Shown: positions 8,817 to 18,800 of the stretch, piece by piece
How the letters are laid out: each line of letters opens with the position of its first letter
Numbering within the stretch: the first letter of the stretch is position 1
Source of the DNA: a virus
Taxonomy: Duplodnaviria > Caudoviricetes
IMG/VR virus record: IMGVR_UViG_2974792740_000001
Coordinates: 1-64,000 of that record
DNA: 64,000 nt
Strand: one strand, 5' to 3'
Notes under the pieces: model-generated
What the model saw: only the letters and a program-made list of their open reading frames with translations
The model's database searches: none
What the model was told of the DNA's origin: nothing
Made by a program: the position numbers and the translations under genes

Positions 8817-9452
8817 TTGGAGATTCCATTGACTGTTCCTGATTTCGATCCTGCCGCTGTCGCCCCTGTGGTTCCGGCGATTGTTGATCCCCCGAAGGCC
8901 CCGGAAGCGCCGGTCACCCCTGCGGTGCCTGATGCGCCGAAGGCCCCGGAAGCACCGAAGGCCCCCGAGGTGGCATTCAAGCCGATCACCTCGCAGGAGG
9001 AATTCAACAAGGCGATCGGTGTGCGCATCGGCCAGGTGCAAAACCAGTACGCCGACTATGACGACCTGAAGGCCAAGGCTGAGAAGCTTGACGAACTTGA
9101 GAAGGCTGAGCTTTCCGCGATTGAGCAGCGGGACGCCACCATTCAGGAATTGACTGACAAGTTGGCTGCTGCGGAGGCTGAGAAGCAGAAGCACGCCTAC
9201 GAGGCTTTGCGTGCACAGGTTGCAGAAGCAAAGGGAATCCCCAAGGCTCTCGCGAGCCGTTTGACTGGCACCACTCAGGCCGAGCTTGAAGCTGACGCTG
9301 ATGGCCTGTTGGAGCTGTTGCCTAAGGCACCGATTCCGGTTGCCACCCCTAAGCCCACCCCTGCTGGTGGTGGGAAGCCTGCGGTCGATCCCGATGACGG
9401 CACGGGCATTGATTTGTCCGTCGTTGATCGATTTATGACGCGCGGCTACTGA
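8817..9452 (+). CDS. Scaffolding protein
   Basis: Pro/Ala-rich N-terminus, YADYDDLKAKAEK and coiled coil, GTTQAELEADA motif; precedes capsid. Confidence 0.85.
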   Translation: MEIPLTVPDFDPAAVAPVVPAIVDPPKAPEAPVTPAVPDAPKAPEAPKAPEVAFKPITSQEEFNKAIGVRIGQVQNQYADYDDLKAKAEKLDELEKAELSAIEQRDATIQELTDKLAAAEAEKQKHAYEALRAQVAEAKGIPKALASRLTGTTQAELEADADGLLELLPKAPIPVATPKPTPAGGGKPAVDPDDGTGIDLSVVDRFMTRGY

Positions 9453-9482
9453 TCCATTTCCTTTAGATAGATAGGAAACCAA

Positions 9483-10430
9483 ATGACTTTTAACGCAGTC
9501 AAGGTTGAAAAGCTCGCTAACTACAGTCTGAACTTGCTTCAGCGGAGCATCATTCTGCCGTCCACTATTACCGTCAAGAGCGGTGAAGAGTTCCGTGGCG
9601 CGCTGGGTGATGCGATTACCATCAAGATCGGTGCCCGCACCAAGGCGAAGCGGACCCTGATCCGGCCTGCGACCGAGAATGATCGCAACATCGAGTTCAG
9701 TGACATGAGTGAGCAGAAGACTCACGTGTACCTGAAGCACCGCATCTACAACGCTCAGGCGCTTGAGGATGAGAAGGCAAAGCTCGACGTTGAGGATGTC
9801 TTCTCGCAGATTGTTGCCCCGCAGGTTCGCTCGGTCGCGATCGATTTCGAAAACCTGATCGCTGAAGAGATTTCGGGCGCTCCGTACAAGTTCGTTGTCG
9901 ATGTTGACCCGGACAAGACCTACCACGCTTTCGTTGAGGCGAACCGTCTGCTCGGCCAGGCGTTCATCCCCGATGATGGCCGCACCCTGTTGGTTGGCGC
10001 GAACTTCGAGGCCGCTCTTCGATTGAGCCCGCAGTTCATTGCTGCCAGCTCGGCTGGTGATGCGATTGCTTCGAGCCTGTTGGCCCGCGCTTCGCTCGGA
10101 ACCATCAACGGCTACAACGTTGTGAAGAGCTACGCCCTCCCGGCGAACGAGGCTTACATCATCCACCGCAGCGCTTTCTCGGCTGCTTGGTTGGCTCCGG
10201 TTGTCCCGGATGGCGCGAGCTGGGGTAAGTCGATCGGCGCTGAGGGTGGCCTCTCGCTGACCTGGCTGAAGGACTACGACTTCTCGAAGGGTCGCGACCG
10301 TTCGCTGGTTCACGTTTACGCGGGTACCAACACCACGATCGATGAGCCGGATGAGAACGCTGACAACGAGGTTGTCGCCGAGGGTGGATTCCTTCGTGGC
10401 GCGAAGCTGGTTCTTCCGGACCCTAGCTGA
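9483..10430 (+). CDS. Major capsid protein
   Basis: 315 aa, strong SD, synteny, GDAITIK and coat-protein-like pattern. Confidence 0.9.
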   Translation: MTFNAVKVEKLANYSLNLLQRSIILPSTITVKSGEEFRGALGDAITIKIGARTKAKRTLIRPATENDRNIEFSDMSEQKTHVYLKHRIYNAQALEDEKAKLDVEDVFSQIVAPQVRSVAIDFENLIAEEISGAPYKFVVDVDPDKTYHAFVEANRLLGQAFIPDDGRTLLVGANFEAALRLSPQFIAASSAGDAIASSLLARASLGTINGYNVVKSYALPANEAYIIHRSAFSAAWLAPVVPDGASWGKSIGAEGGLSLTWLKDYDFSKGRDRSLVHVYAGTNTTIDEPDENADNEVVAEGGFLRGAKLVLPDPS

Positions 10431-10451
10431 TCCTAGATAGGGCGATCTGAC

Positions 10452-10922
10452 ATGGAAGCGTTAGCAACTGTAGACAGGCTCGCCACTCGTCTTGGGATTG
10501 ATCTTCCTACTGGTTCTACTGATCGTGCACGGGCTGAGGATTGCCTTTGGTCTGCCTCAGTCCGTGCACGTGTCATAGCGGAACGGGAATGGGCGGATCC
10601 GACTAACCCTCTTGACCCGGATGGGCCTGTTCCTGAATCCGTTGTGGATGTTGTGTTGATGGCCGCTATGCGAATGTACCGCAACCCGGATCGTTTCATT
10701 GTGAACCAGGCCGGTTCTTTCCAGGCCACTCTCCCGCAGGCAGATTTCACTGCTGGTGACATTTTCCTTCGCGCAGAGGTTGCGTTGCTTGAGAAGGCGC
10801 GTCCTCGTCCTCGGACGTTCTGGACGATTCAGCAGACTCGCGAGGATTCGATTGGGCCGGCGGATTCGGTGTGGGGTTACCCGCCGATTGGTGAGCCGAT
10901 GCCCGTGTTTGGGGATGACTGA
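10452..10922 (+). CDS. Head-to-tail adaptor
   Basis: Synteny; RMYRNPD motif of actinophage adaptors. Confidence 0.75.
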   Translation: MEALATVDRLATRLGIDLPTGSTDRARAEDCLWSASVRARVIAEREWADPTNPLDPDGPVPESVVDVVLMAAMRMYRNPDRFIVNQAGSFQATLPQADFTAGDIFLRAEVALLEKARPRPRTFWTIQQTREDSIGPADSVWGYPPIGEPMPVFGDD

Positions 10923-11260
10923 TGAACCTTCTGTTCAATGGCGCTGATGCGAGCACGATTGTGGTGCTTCGTCGTGGCGTGCGGGACGAGTTTGGCGATC
11001 CTGTTGGTGATGATGAGTTCTCTGAGTCGCATTCGATTCGGAACGTGTTGATTGATTATGAGACTACGACTAGCGATCGTGACCGGCGCGAGGAATATAC
11101 GGTGCGCGGCACGTTAAGAATGCCTATCGGGTCTGATGTTCTTCCCACGGATCGTGTTGAGCTTCCGGATGGAACTCGCATTGTTGTTGAGGGTAAGCCG
11201 TTTGTTGCGCGTCTGGGTTTTGCGTCTGGCATGGCGGTGAGGTTCAAGGGGGTGGGTTGA
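10922..11260 (+). CDS. Head-to-tail stopper
   Basis: Synteny; RDEFGDP and DVLPTDRV motifs. Confidence 0.7.
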   Translation: MNLLFNGADASTIVVLRRGVRDEFGDPVGDDEFSESHSIRNVLIDYETTTSDRDRREEYTVRGTLRMPIGSDVLPTDRVELPDGTRIVVEGKPFVARLGFASGMAVRFKGVG

Positions 11261-11261
11261 T

Positions 11262-11648
11262 TTGGCTCGTGAACGATTGAAGTTGAGGATTTACCCCACC
11301 CCGAACCCGGCTCTTGCTCAGGTGTTGCTTTCGCCTCGTATGCGTACAGAGATGTCGCAGCTCGCGGCTAAGGCGCGTGGCCTGTACATGGGGAAGGCTC
11401 CGAAGCGGACCGGCAAACTGGCTAGTTCAGCGAAGCACGGTACGCGCGTTTCGAACAAGTTTGAGTATCCGCGCTGGACTGGTTTCGTCCAGGTGGGTGC
11501 CGACTATTCGGTGTGGAATGAGATGGGTGCTGGTCCCCGCCGGCCAGGAGGCAAGTTGCCTCGCGCTACCGGCAAAAAGCCGTTCTTCGGATCGTTCAAG
11601 GGTTCGTTCACCTTCGAGAAAGTCGTTGACGGATTGAAGGCGATCTGA
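11262..11648 (+). CDS. Neck / HK97 gp10-like protein
   Basis: APKRTGKLASS motif, basic, synteny. Confidence 0.65.
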   Translation: MARERLKLRIYPTPNPALAQVLLSPRMRTEMSQLAAKARGLYMGKAPKRTGKLASSAKHGTRVSNKFEYPRWTGFVQVGADYSVWNEMGAGPRRPGGKLPRATGKKPFFGSFKGSFTFEKVVDGLKAI

Positions 11649-12142
11649 TGCCGTTCACATTCCCAGATTGGTATGAGGGTGGCTACGAGGATGCCGAGAA
11701 GGCTGTCCGGGCCATGCTGGTGCCGTTCCTCAAGTTGGTTGACCCCAAGCCGTATTGGTGTGCGTATCTTCCGGATGAGTATTCGGAGTCGCTGCCTATT
11801 GTTTCGTCGTATCGCACTGGCGGTTCGGCGGATCCTGTGAAGAAGTTTATGGATGATGCCCATATTGAGGTGTGGGCGATCACCGAGCGTCGTTCCGATT
11901 CGTGGGACTTGCTTGAGTATTGCAGGCAGATGCTCTTGTCCTATGCGCGTGGCGGCATAGTTACGGATCCGGATTCGGGTCGTATTTTCAATATCTCTTC
12001 GGTCTCCGAGGTTGTCGGCCCCGAATTGACTCAAATGACGGTTCCTGATGAGCGCGCTGTTTCGGCGACGTTCGTTGTGACTACGCGTAAAGAAGCTGGG
12101 CTTCCTGATTATGCGCGTATCCGCAGGCAACTGCAAGCATGA
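11648..12142 (+). CDS. Tail terminator
   Basis: Immediately upstream of the major tail gene; size and pattern typical. Confidence 0.7.
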   Translation: MPFTFPDWYEGGYEDAEKAVRAMLVPFLKLVDPKPYWCAYLPDEYSESLPIVSSYRTGGSADPVKKFMDDAHIEVWAITERRSDSWDLLEYCRQMLLSYARGGIVTDPDSGRIFNISSVSEVVGPELTQMTVPDERAVSATFVVTTRKEAGLPDYARIRRQLQA

Positions 12143-12157
12143 TGAAAGGGCCTAGTT

Positions 12158-12817
12158 ATGGCTGATGGCATTTTCTCGTTCAAGGAAAAGAACGACGACC
12201 TTGTTGTGATGGCGCGCGATGCCGCTGTTATCGCAACCCCTTATGGTGCGGGCACTATCCCCACCAAGTTGACCGGCGCTGGTGGCGATCTGGTTGCTTT
12301 GCCGACGAACTGGCTGAGCTTCGGTGAGCTGGATCAGCAGGCCGGTATCACGATCACTCCGGATCAGAGCACCGCTGATGTTCGCGGCTATGGCTCGATG
12401 GGTCCGCGTCGTGTCGTGAAGACTGAAGAGTCGGTGACCCTTGGGTTCTCGCCTCAGGAGTCGCGCAATCTCGCCGTGTCGGCCTTCTGGGGCTTGGACA
12501 TGGATGACCTGGTTGCCGACTCGAATGGTGAGTGGCAGGCCAAGAAGTCTTACGCTTCGAGCCTTCAGTACTGGTCGCTGATCCTGCTCTCGGCTGACGA
12601 GAACAAGTTCGGTGAGGTGTTCAATTACTGGATCTTCCCGAAGGTTTCGGTCACTCAGACTGACGCTATTTCGTTGGCGACCGATTCGGCTGTTGTGTAC
12701 CCGCTGACCTTCACCGCGTTTGAGGATGCCGAGTATGGCGGATTCATGGCGATGGGTGCGGGTGGTGCGGGCCAGGCTGCGGTTAACGCTGCGGCTGGTT
12801 TTGCTGCGGGTTCTTGA
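12158..12817 (+). CDS. Major tail protein
   Basis: WLSFGELDQQAGITITP and GYGSMGPRR motifs of actinophage tail tube proteins. Confidence 0.9.
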   Translation: MADGIFSFKEKNDDLVVMARDAAVIATPYGAGTIPTKLTGAGGDLVALPTNWLSFGELDQQAGITITPDQSTADVRGYGSMGPRRVVKTEESVTLGFSPQESRNLAVSAFWGLDMDDLVADSNGEWQAKKSYASSLQYWSLILLSADENKFGEVFNYWIFPKVSVTQTDAISLATDSAVVYPLTFTAFEDAEYGGFMAMGAGGAGQAAVNAAAGFAAGS

Positions 12818-12824
12818 TGACCAC

Positions 12825-12864
12825 GGTGCCGGGGGACTTTTTGTTCCCCGGCACCTCCGTTTTC
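12825..12864 (+). terminator. Terminator-like hairpin after the major tail gene
   Basis: GGTGCCGGGG / CCCCGGCACC stem followed by a T-rich stretch. Confidence 0.65.
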
Positions 12865-12883
12865 CCGGCTTGATGGAGGTTAG

Positions 12884-14566
12884 TTGATGGCTCGTTACTC
12901 TCCCAATGCTTGGGTTGACGGGCGGCAGGGTGGAACCCCGATCACTGCCGCGAAACTGAACCGACTTGAGCAGGCCGTTGAAGCGGCTGCCCCGACAGTT
13001 GATTCAAGGGTTCCAGCGGCCAACCTACCTTCGCTGTTCCGGACCACCGATTCACAGCCCTTTGCGGCTGACTCGATCTGGAACACGCCCATTGGCGACG
13101 GTTGTTCCTACGAGGCGGCGGGTGCGGCTGCGACAGCAAGCTTCCTCGCTGGCACCCCTGCTATCAATGATGGATTGAATGGCTACGGGTTCACGCTCAA
13201 CATCGCGCGGCCCACTGATCCTCTGGTTACGGCCACCTACACTCCAAGTGGAGGTTCGCCGATCACGTTTACCTTCCGATGTCCCTATGACCCTGTTATT
13301 TCGACAGGCACAGACTTGTCGATGCGGGTCATTGACGCCGGTCGGGCGATTGACCTGTGGAAGACGGTCAAGGTCAACGATTACACGTATACGGCGGATT
13401 TCATTACCAGCACAGACCTGTTGGGCACTGGGCGGAATGCGGGCACCCGGGCTGCACGGTGGCCTACGGCCGGCGGCTTGATTCGCCAGCATGAGATTGC
13501 GAAGTGCTACATCCCGCACGCCATTGCGGTGTCGATTCCGGGCACATCGTTGAAGCGTGGGTTCGTTTGGCCCGCTTCGGCAGAGGATGCATCGGGCGTG
13601 ACGTATTCGGGCGAGGTTCCGATGGGCAGCTTCTTTGCGATCCCACCGTCTGTGGACATCGGCTCGCTGGGCTTGTCCTCGGAAGGTTTCGCGTTGGCGA
13701 AGTGCCTTCAGGACTATGGGGCCTACGTGGGCGACCAGTCTGGCTCTGTTGCTATCTCCGCCGAGGGCGATGCTGCGGTGAACATGCGCCCTGCGTTGGA
13801 ACGTATGCGAACTGACTGGACTGCAACGCTGTTCCCATTGTTGCGTCGGGTGACGAACGTTGGCACGACGGCTGGCGGGCCGGGCAATCGTAGGGTTCCC
13901 GCTGCTGGCCCTGTCGCGATCCGGGCTGACTATCAGGAAACGATCATCGATACGCTCACGGCGCGGATGCGGGCTATGACACCTGCACTGTTGACTTCTG
14001 AGTCGTATGCCGTTGATTCTGACCCGATTGTTGCCACGGATGCAGGACTGGGGGGCAAGCCATTCAACTGGACTGGCTGGCCTTCCCAGTACCGGAACTC
14101 TGGTGGTGCGACGCGGCGTATTGCCGCACCTGACGGCCAGACGCGAATCCTGTTGGTGAACCCCGGCCGCAATATGCGCATCGGGTTCACGGTAAAGGCC
14201 ATGCACGCTAGTGGTTTTGCGTATGCGGTGGTGGCGGCGAGTGATTCGCAGAACCACTTCCGCCTAGCGGTCACTTCTGGCGGGTCGTGCCACATCCAGC
14301 GCATCGTTGGCGGTGTCAACACCTCAATCAGTCCTGCGCTTCCGAACGGCACTATCGGTGTTGGGAAGTATGTGGAGCTGATGGTCTACGGGCCGAATGT
14401 GTACGTGTTTGTTGACGGCGAGTTAGTCGCTGACGCCACGGACACTTCTGCCCTGTTTGGTAATCAGTGCGGCATCTACTTCCCGTCTGACACAAACATT
14501 GCATGGAAAGTTGACCGCTTTCACCCCGTGCCTCGCCTGTTCCGCAAGCCTCGCACTGAAGTCTGA
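12884..14566 (+). CDS. Inserted virion-associated protein: N-terminal attachment motif, uncharacterised central domain, C-terminal ConA/LamG-like beta sandwich
   Basis: WVDGRQGGTPITAAKLNRLE N-terminal motif seen in phage structural proteins; beta-rich C-terminus (VELMVYGPNVYVFVDGELVAD). Confidence 0.6.
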   Translation: MMARYSPNAWVDGRQGGTPITAAKLNRLEQAVEAAAPTVDSRVPAANLPSLFRTTDSQPFAADSIWNTPIGDGCSYEAAGAAATASFLAGTPAINDGLNGYGFTLNIARPTDPLVTATYTPSGGSPITFTFRCPYDPVISTGTDLSMRVIDAGRAIDLWKTVKVNDYTYTADFITSTDLLGTGRNAGTRAARWPTAGGLIRQHEIAKCYIPHAIAVSIPGTSLKRGFVWPASAEDASGVTYSGEVPMGSFFAIPPSVDIGSLGLSSEGFALAKCLQDYGAYVGDQSGSVAISAEGDAAVNMRPALERMRTDWTATLFPLLRRVTNVGTTAGGPGNRRVPAAGPVAIRADYQETIIDTLTARMRAMTPALLTSESYAVDSDPIVATDAGLGGKPFNWTGWPSQYRNSGGATRRIAAPDGQTRILLVNPGRNMRIGFTVKAMHASGFAYAVVAASDSQNHFRLAVTSGGSCHIQRIVGGVNTSISPALPNGTIGVGKYVELMVYGPNVYVFVDGELVADATDTSALFGNQCGIYFPSDTNIAWKVDRFHPVPRLFRKPRTEV

Positions 14567-14581
14567 CAAGTAATTCACTAG

Positions 14582-14626
14582 CGACCACCCGGAATGCCCT
14601 TCATTGCCTTTCGGGTGGTCGTTTCA
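14582..14626 (+). terminator. Terminator-like hairpin after the inserted gene
   Basis: CGACCACCCG / CGGGTGGTCG stem followed by TTTC. Confidence 0.55.
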
Positions 14627-14647
14627 CATATAGGAGCTTTCCCTCTC

Positions 14648-14947
14648 ATGGCTACCGCAAAGAAGCCGACCGGGATCTTTTACGACCTCAAAGCTGAGGC
14701 GCAGATTCCCGACGACATCATTGTCACCCCGACCATTGCGCTCACGTTCCCAACGAAGAAGCAGATGGATGAATATCGCGATGCCGAGACCGCTGATGAC
14801 GCACATTCCGCGTTGTTTGGTCCCGACACCTACGCGAAGCTCAAGGAACTGTTTGCCGATGAACGACCCCAGGTGTGGGCGGGATTCGTCAAGTACGTCA
14901 ACGAGCACTGGTTCGGCAAGGGGGCCGATGAAGTAGAGGGAAAATAG
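14648..14947 (+). CDS. Tail assembly chaperone (G)
   Basis: SD then ATG 14648; ends on slippery GGGAAAA just before TAG. Confidence 0.85.
   Translation: MATAKKPTGIFYDLKAEAQIPDDIIVTPTIALTFPTKKQMDEYRDAETADDAHSALFGPDTYAKLKELFADERPQVWAGFVKYVNEHWFGKGADEVEGK
14938..14944 (+). other. Programmed -1 frameshift slippery site GGGAAAA
   Basis: The -1 frame reads GGG AAA ATA GCG GGC CTT CTT ACC ATG into ORF 14962-15435. Confidence 0.85.
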
Positions 14948-14961
14948 CGGGCCTTCTTACC

Positions 14962-15435
14962 ATGATCGACAAGCATTGGGGCGAGCTGGAATGGGACTTT
15001 CAAACCATTCTCAACTTGCGCGCAATGGATTGGATCGAAGGTAAGAAGGATTGGCGTGAGTTTTACCGCCTGAAGTCCCGCCTCGGTTTGGGAACCGAGT
15101 ATTTCTCCGCAGTCGTCAATGATCCTGAAATCGCCCAAGCTATGGCTGAAGAGCTTGAGGCTTCGCCGGAACGTCGGAAGACGGATGGCACTCCCCCAGC
15201 CGCCGGCTGGTTCCCGTGGAAAGACGACCTGGCAGACATCAAGGATCACTTGATTGCTCTGCGGGCTGTCACTGCGGGCTCTAAGTCGCACGAGGTGCAG
15301 TTTACGAAGCGCCCCGTGTTTGAGGTTGAACGTATTCGACGGCAGAAGGCTGTCACGCGGCTCCGTAAGGCTACTTCGAAGCTGTTGCCGCATCAGAACA
15401 TCAACGTATTCGAATTTGAACAGAAGGATAAGTAA
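14962..15435 (+). CDS. Tail assembly chaperone frameshift extension (GT C-terminal part)
   Basis: In the -1 frame of the chaperone; HWGELEWDFQ motif. Confidence 0.8.
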   Translation: MIDKHWGELEWDFQTILNLRAMDWIEGKKDWREFYRLKSRLGLGTEYFSAVVNDPEIAQAMAEELEASPERRKTDGTPPAAGWFPWKDDLADIKDHLIALRAVTAGSKSHEVQFTKRPVFEVERIRRQKAVTRLRKATSKLLPHQNINVFEFEQKDK

Positions 15436-15440
15436 CTCTA

Positions 15441-15797
15441 ATGGCTACCAAGAACACCGCACCTGTGTCCCTGCTCGACAAGCTCCGTGACGACAAGCCG
15501 GAACTGTTCGGGGGCGTGCAGTTCACGCCTGAGATTTTCATCCCTTACCCGACCAAGGCGACCTGCGAGAAGATCGCTGCCGCTGAGAACGAAACTGAGG
15601 TTGCCGAACTGATTCTCGGTAACCAGATTGACGCTATTGATGCGGTGCTCGCTGAGCTTCCGCTGGCCGCTGCGGTGAATGCGCTTGCGGCTTTGATCGT
15701 GGCTGTGAAGGCAGGAATCCCGGATGTTGAGCAGGCTTTCACCGATCAGGGACTTTCCAAGGCTGATTTCGACGCCATGTTTGCCGACAAGGAATGA
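15441..15797 (+). CDS. Second tail-chaperone-like protein (paralog of 14648-14947)
   Basis: FTPEIFIPYPTK..AE...LG aligns by eye with VTPTIALTFPTK..AE...FG. Confidence 0.55.
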   Translation: MATKNTAPVSLLDKLRDDKPELFGGVQFTPEIFIPYPTKATCEKIAAAENETEVAELILGNQIDAIDAVLAELPLAAAVNALAALIVAVKAGIPDVEQAFTDQGLSKADFDAMFADKE

Positions 15798-15820
15798 CGT
15801 AGAGGATGGGGTGATCCCTA

Positions 15821-18800
15821 ATGGCTGCTGCTAGCGCCCGTAAGGTTATTGGCGATGCGATTCTGAAGATCGCCCCATCTTTGAATGGCTTCAAGAAAAA
15901 GGCCGAGGAAGAGCTGAAGAAGATTCAGCTCACCAAGGATGTCACGTTGCTGGTGGACACCAAGGTGTTCAAGGCGCGTGTCGAGCAGGCTTTGAAAGAG
16001 GTCCAGAAGGAACTCACCATTGATTTGGGGGTTCGGACTTCTACGGCTACGTCGCGGATTCGTGAGTGGCGTGAGCGTCAAGAGGCTAACGACATCCAGA
16101 TTGGTGTCGACGCGGATACCGCCAAGGGTAAGGCTGAGATCACTCAGCTCCGCGAAAAAGAAGAGCATGATGACATCCAGATCGATGTGGATGCGGATAC
16201 TCGCAAGGCCCGTAATGAGATCGATGATCTGAAGTACCAGTTCCGTGTGGTTCAGGGCTTCACGGGTATGACGATCTTCAATCTGTCGAATATCACGATG
16301 GCCGCTACTGGCATTGCTGGCATTGTCGGCTTGCTGGGTGGTGTGGTTGCTGGTGCTGCGGCGGCTGCTACGGCGCTGGGCGCTATGGGTGGCGCTGTCG
16401 CTATTGGTTCGTCGGGCATCTTCAATGCGTTCACTGAGTTGAATGCGGAGAAGAAGACTGCGGCTACGCGGGATCCGTCGAAGGATGCGAAGAAGGCCAC
16501 TGATGCGTTGCGTGAGCAGCGGGAGGCCACGCAGCGTGTTGCGGATGCGCAGCAGGCGTTGCGGAATTCGTCTGACGATCTGGCGTCGGATCAGCAGAAG
16601 TTGCGTGATGCGACTCGTGATGCGACTCGTGAGATTCGTGACCAGCGTTTGGAGTTGGAGGAGACGGGCCAGTCTCAGGAGCGGGCAGCTATCAACGTTG
16701 CTCGTGCCCGTGAGCGTCTGTCTCAGGTTCGCTACGACTATTCGGTGGGCAAGGCGTCCCGGCTGGATGTGCAGGATGCTGCGCTGTCGGTCAAGGAGTC
16801 TGAGACCCGTTTGAGGCGGGCTCAGAACCAGACTGATGATGTTCGTGCGAACGCTAATCAGGTGTACGCGAATGGTGTTGAGCGCAATCCGAAGGTTGTG
16901 TCTGCTCGCAGGGATGTGGAGCGCGGCCAGCAGACTGTCAAGCGCAATGAGCGTGAGCTGTCTGATGCGGTCACTGACGCACGGAATGTTCAGGCGAATG
17001 CTGGCGCGGTAGCGGATAAGACTTCTCGTTTCGATGAGGCGATGAAGAAGCTGTCTCCGAATGCGCAGCAGTTTGTTCGGGATGTGCGGTCGTTGGGTGG
17101 CGCGTGGCGCGAGCTGCGTATGTCGGTTCAGGACACGTTGTTTGATGGCCTGGGCGAGAAGATCAAGCTTGTGGCGCAGGGCCAGTTGCCTGCATTGCGT
17201 TCCGGTATGGAGCGTGTTGCCGGTACGGCCAATGGTGCGCTGAAGAGTTCTCTGGATGTGCTCAACAGTACGTTCACTGAGTTCTCCAATAACGGTACGG
17301 CGTTGAAGTTCTGGCAGTCTGTCCAGGATCAGTTCCGCAACTTTGCGCCTGTCATCGATGCGGTTGCACGGACTTTGACGACGTTGAGTATCCAGGCCGG
17401 TAACGGTGTGGGTACGTTCTTCGGCGATCTGGGCGTGTTCCTGAATGATGGCGCGCAGATGTGGGGCGAGTTCGGCGGCCAGGCGATGGTCACGCTGGGC
17501 AACCTGCTGCACCTGTTCAATCGTTTCTCTGAGACGTTGATGCCGACTTTCCAGGCGGCGTTGCCTGCTATCGAGCAGGTGTTCGCTTCCCTGAATCAGG
17601 TGTTGGGTGACAACCAGGGCCGTCTCGCGGAGTTCATGACCGCTATCGGTGGTGCGCTGTCGCAGTTGATTATTGCTGCTGCGCCGCTTTTGGTGGCTGT
17701 GATTGAGCCGCTGACGATGCTGTTGAATGCGATCTCGGCTCTGCCTACGTGGCTGATTGCTGGGGCGTTCGCGTTCATTGTGATCTCGCGTTCGATCCTT
17801 CAGGCTGTGATCGGTATCGGCAACTTGATCGGTCGTATTGTTGCCGCCGGCCAGGGTTTCCGGAACTTGCGGAATGCGAGTATCCACTTCTCGCAGGGTA
17901 TGCGTAATGACGCAAACTTGGCGGGTACTGGTGCGAGCACTGCGATGTACAAGTTTGGTCAGCAGTACCAGCGCGTGATGGTGGGTGTCCAGGAGACTTC
18001 TACGCGTTCGTGGGGAATCTTCCGTCGCACTGCCGAGAACGCCGCTATGGGGGCGTCTAGGGCTGTCGGTAACGTCCGGACGGGTGTTGCCCAGCTCATC
18101 ACTACGACTGACCGCGCTACGGCGGCTCAGGGCCGTTTGGGGCGTGCTATGGAGGCTGCGGGACGTATGTCTCCGTGGGCTCGTATTCTGTCGATCCTGA
18201 CGCTTGTGGCGACCATTGCGGGCACCGTGATGATGTTGTTCGGCATGGGTGATGCGTCGGCGCAGACGTCGATGGATGGCACCACTGAGGGCATGGATGA
18301 AATGTCGTCGGGTATTGGTGGCGCGACCGATAAGATGATGATCTTCCTTTCGGTTATCACGCTGCTGCCGATGGCGTTGGGTTCGGCTACGGCGCGCACG
18401 AAGCTCGCTACGGCTGCAACGAATTTGTGGACTGCTGCGACTGGCCGTCTGGCTATGGCGATGAACTTCTTGAAGGGGTTGCCTGCCCGCCTGGCTGCGG
18501 TTGCGATCGGCACGAAGTTGGTTGCTGGCGCTACTCGGGCTTGGGCTGTTGTGCAGGCTGCGCTCAATGTTGTGATGTCCATGAACCCGATCGGGTTGGT
18601 GGTCATTGCGATTGCGGCGTTGGTTGCTGGCGTCATTTGGGCGTGGAACAAGTTTGAGGGCTTCCGCAACGCGGTGAAGTTCCTGTGGGATCTGTTCCTG
18701 AACACGAACCCGATTGCGTTGCTCGTCAAGGGCATCCTGTGGGTGGTCGAGAACTTCGACAAGGTGGTCAATGTTTTCGGCAGTCTCGGCAAAGCCTGGG

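Noticed and set aside
8787-10313. Long antisense ORFs over structural genes (also 6308-7285, 13052-14257, 25807-27414, 27749-28882, 57748-59244)
   Set aside because: Same codon-bias shadow effect; they fully overlap well-supported plus-strand genes.
14594-14647. ORF-track start 14594 for the tail chaperone
   Set aside because: Lies within a terminator-like hairpin; ATG 14648 has a proper SD (AGGAG).
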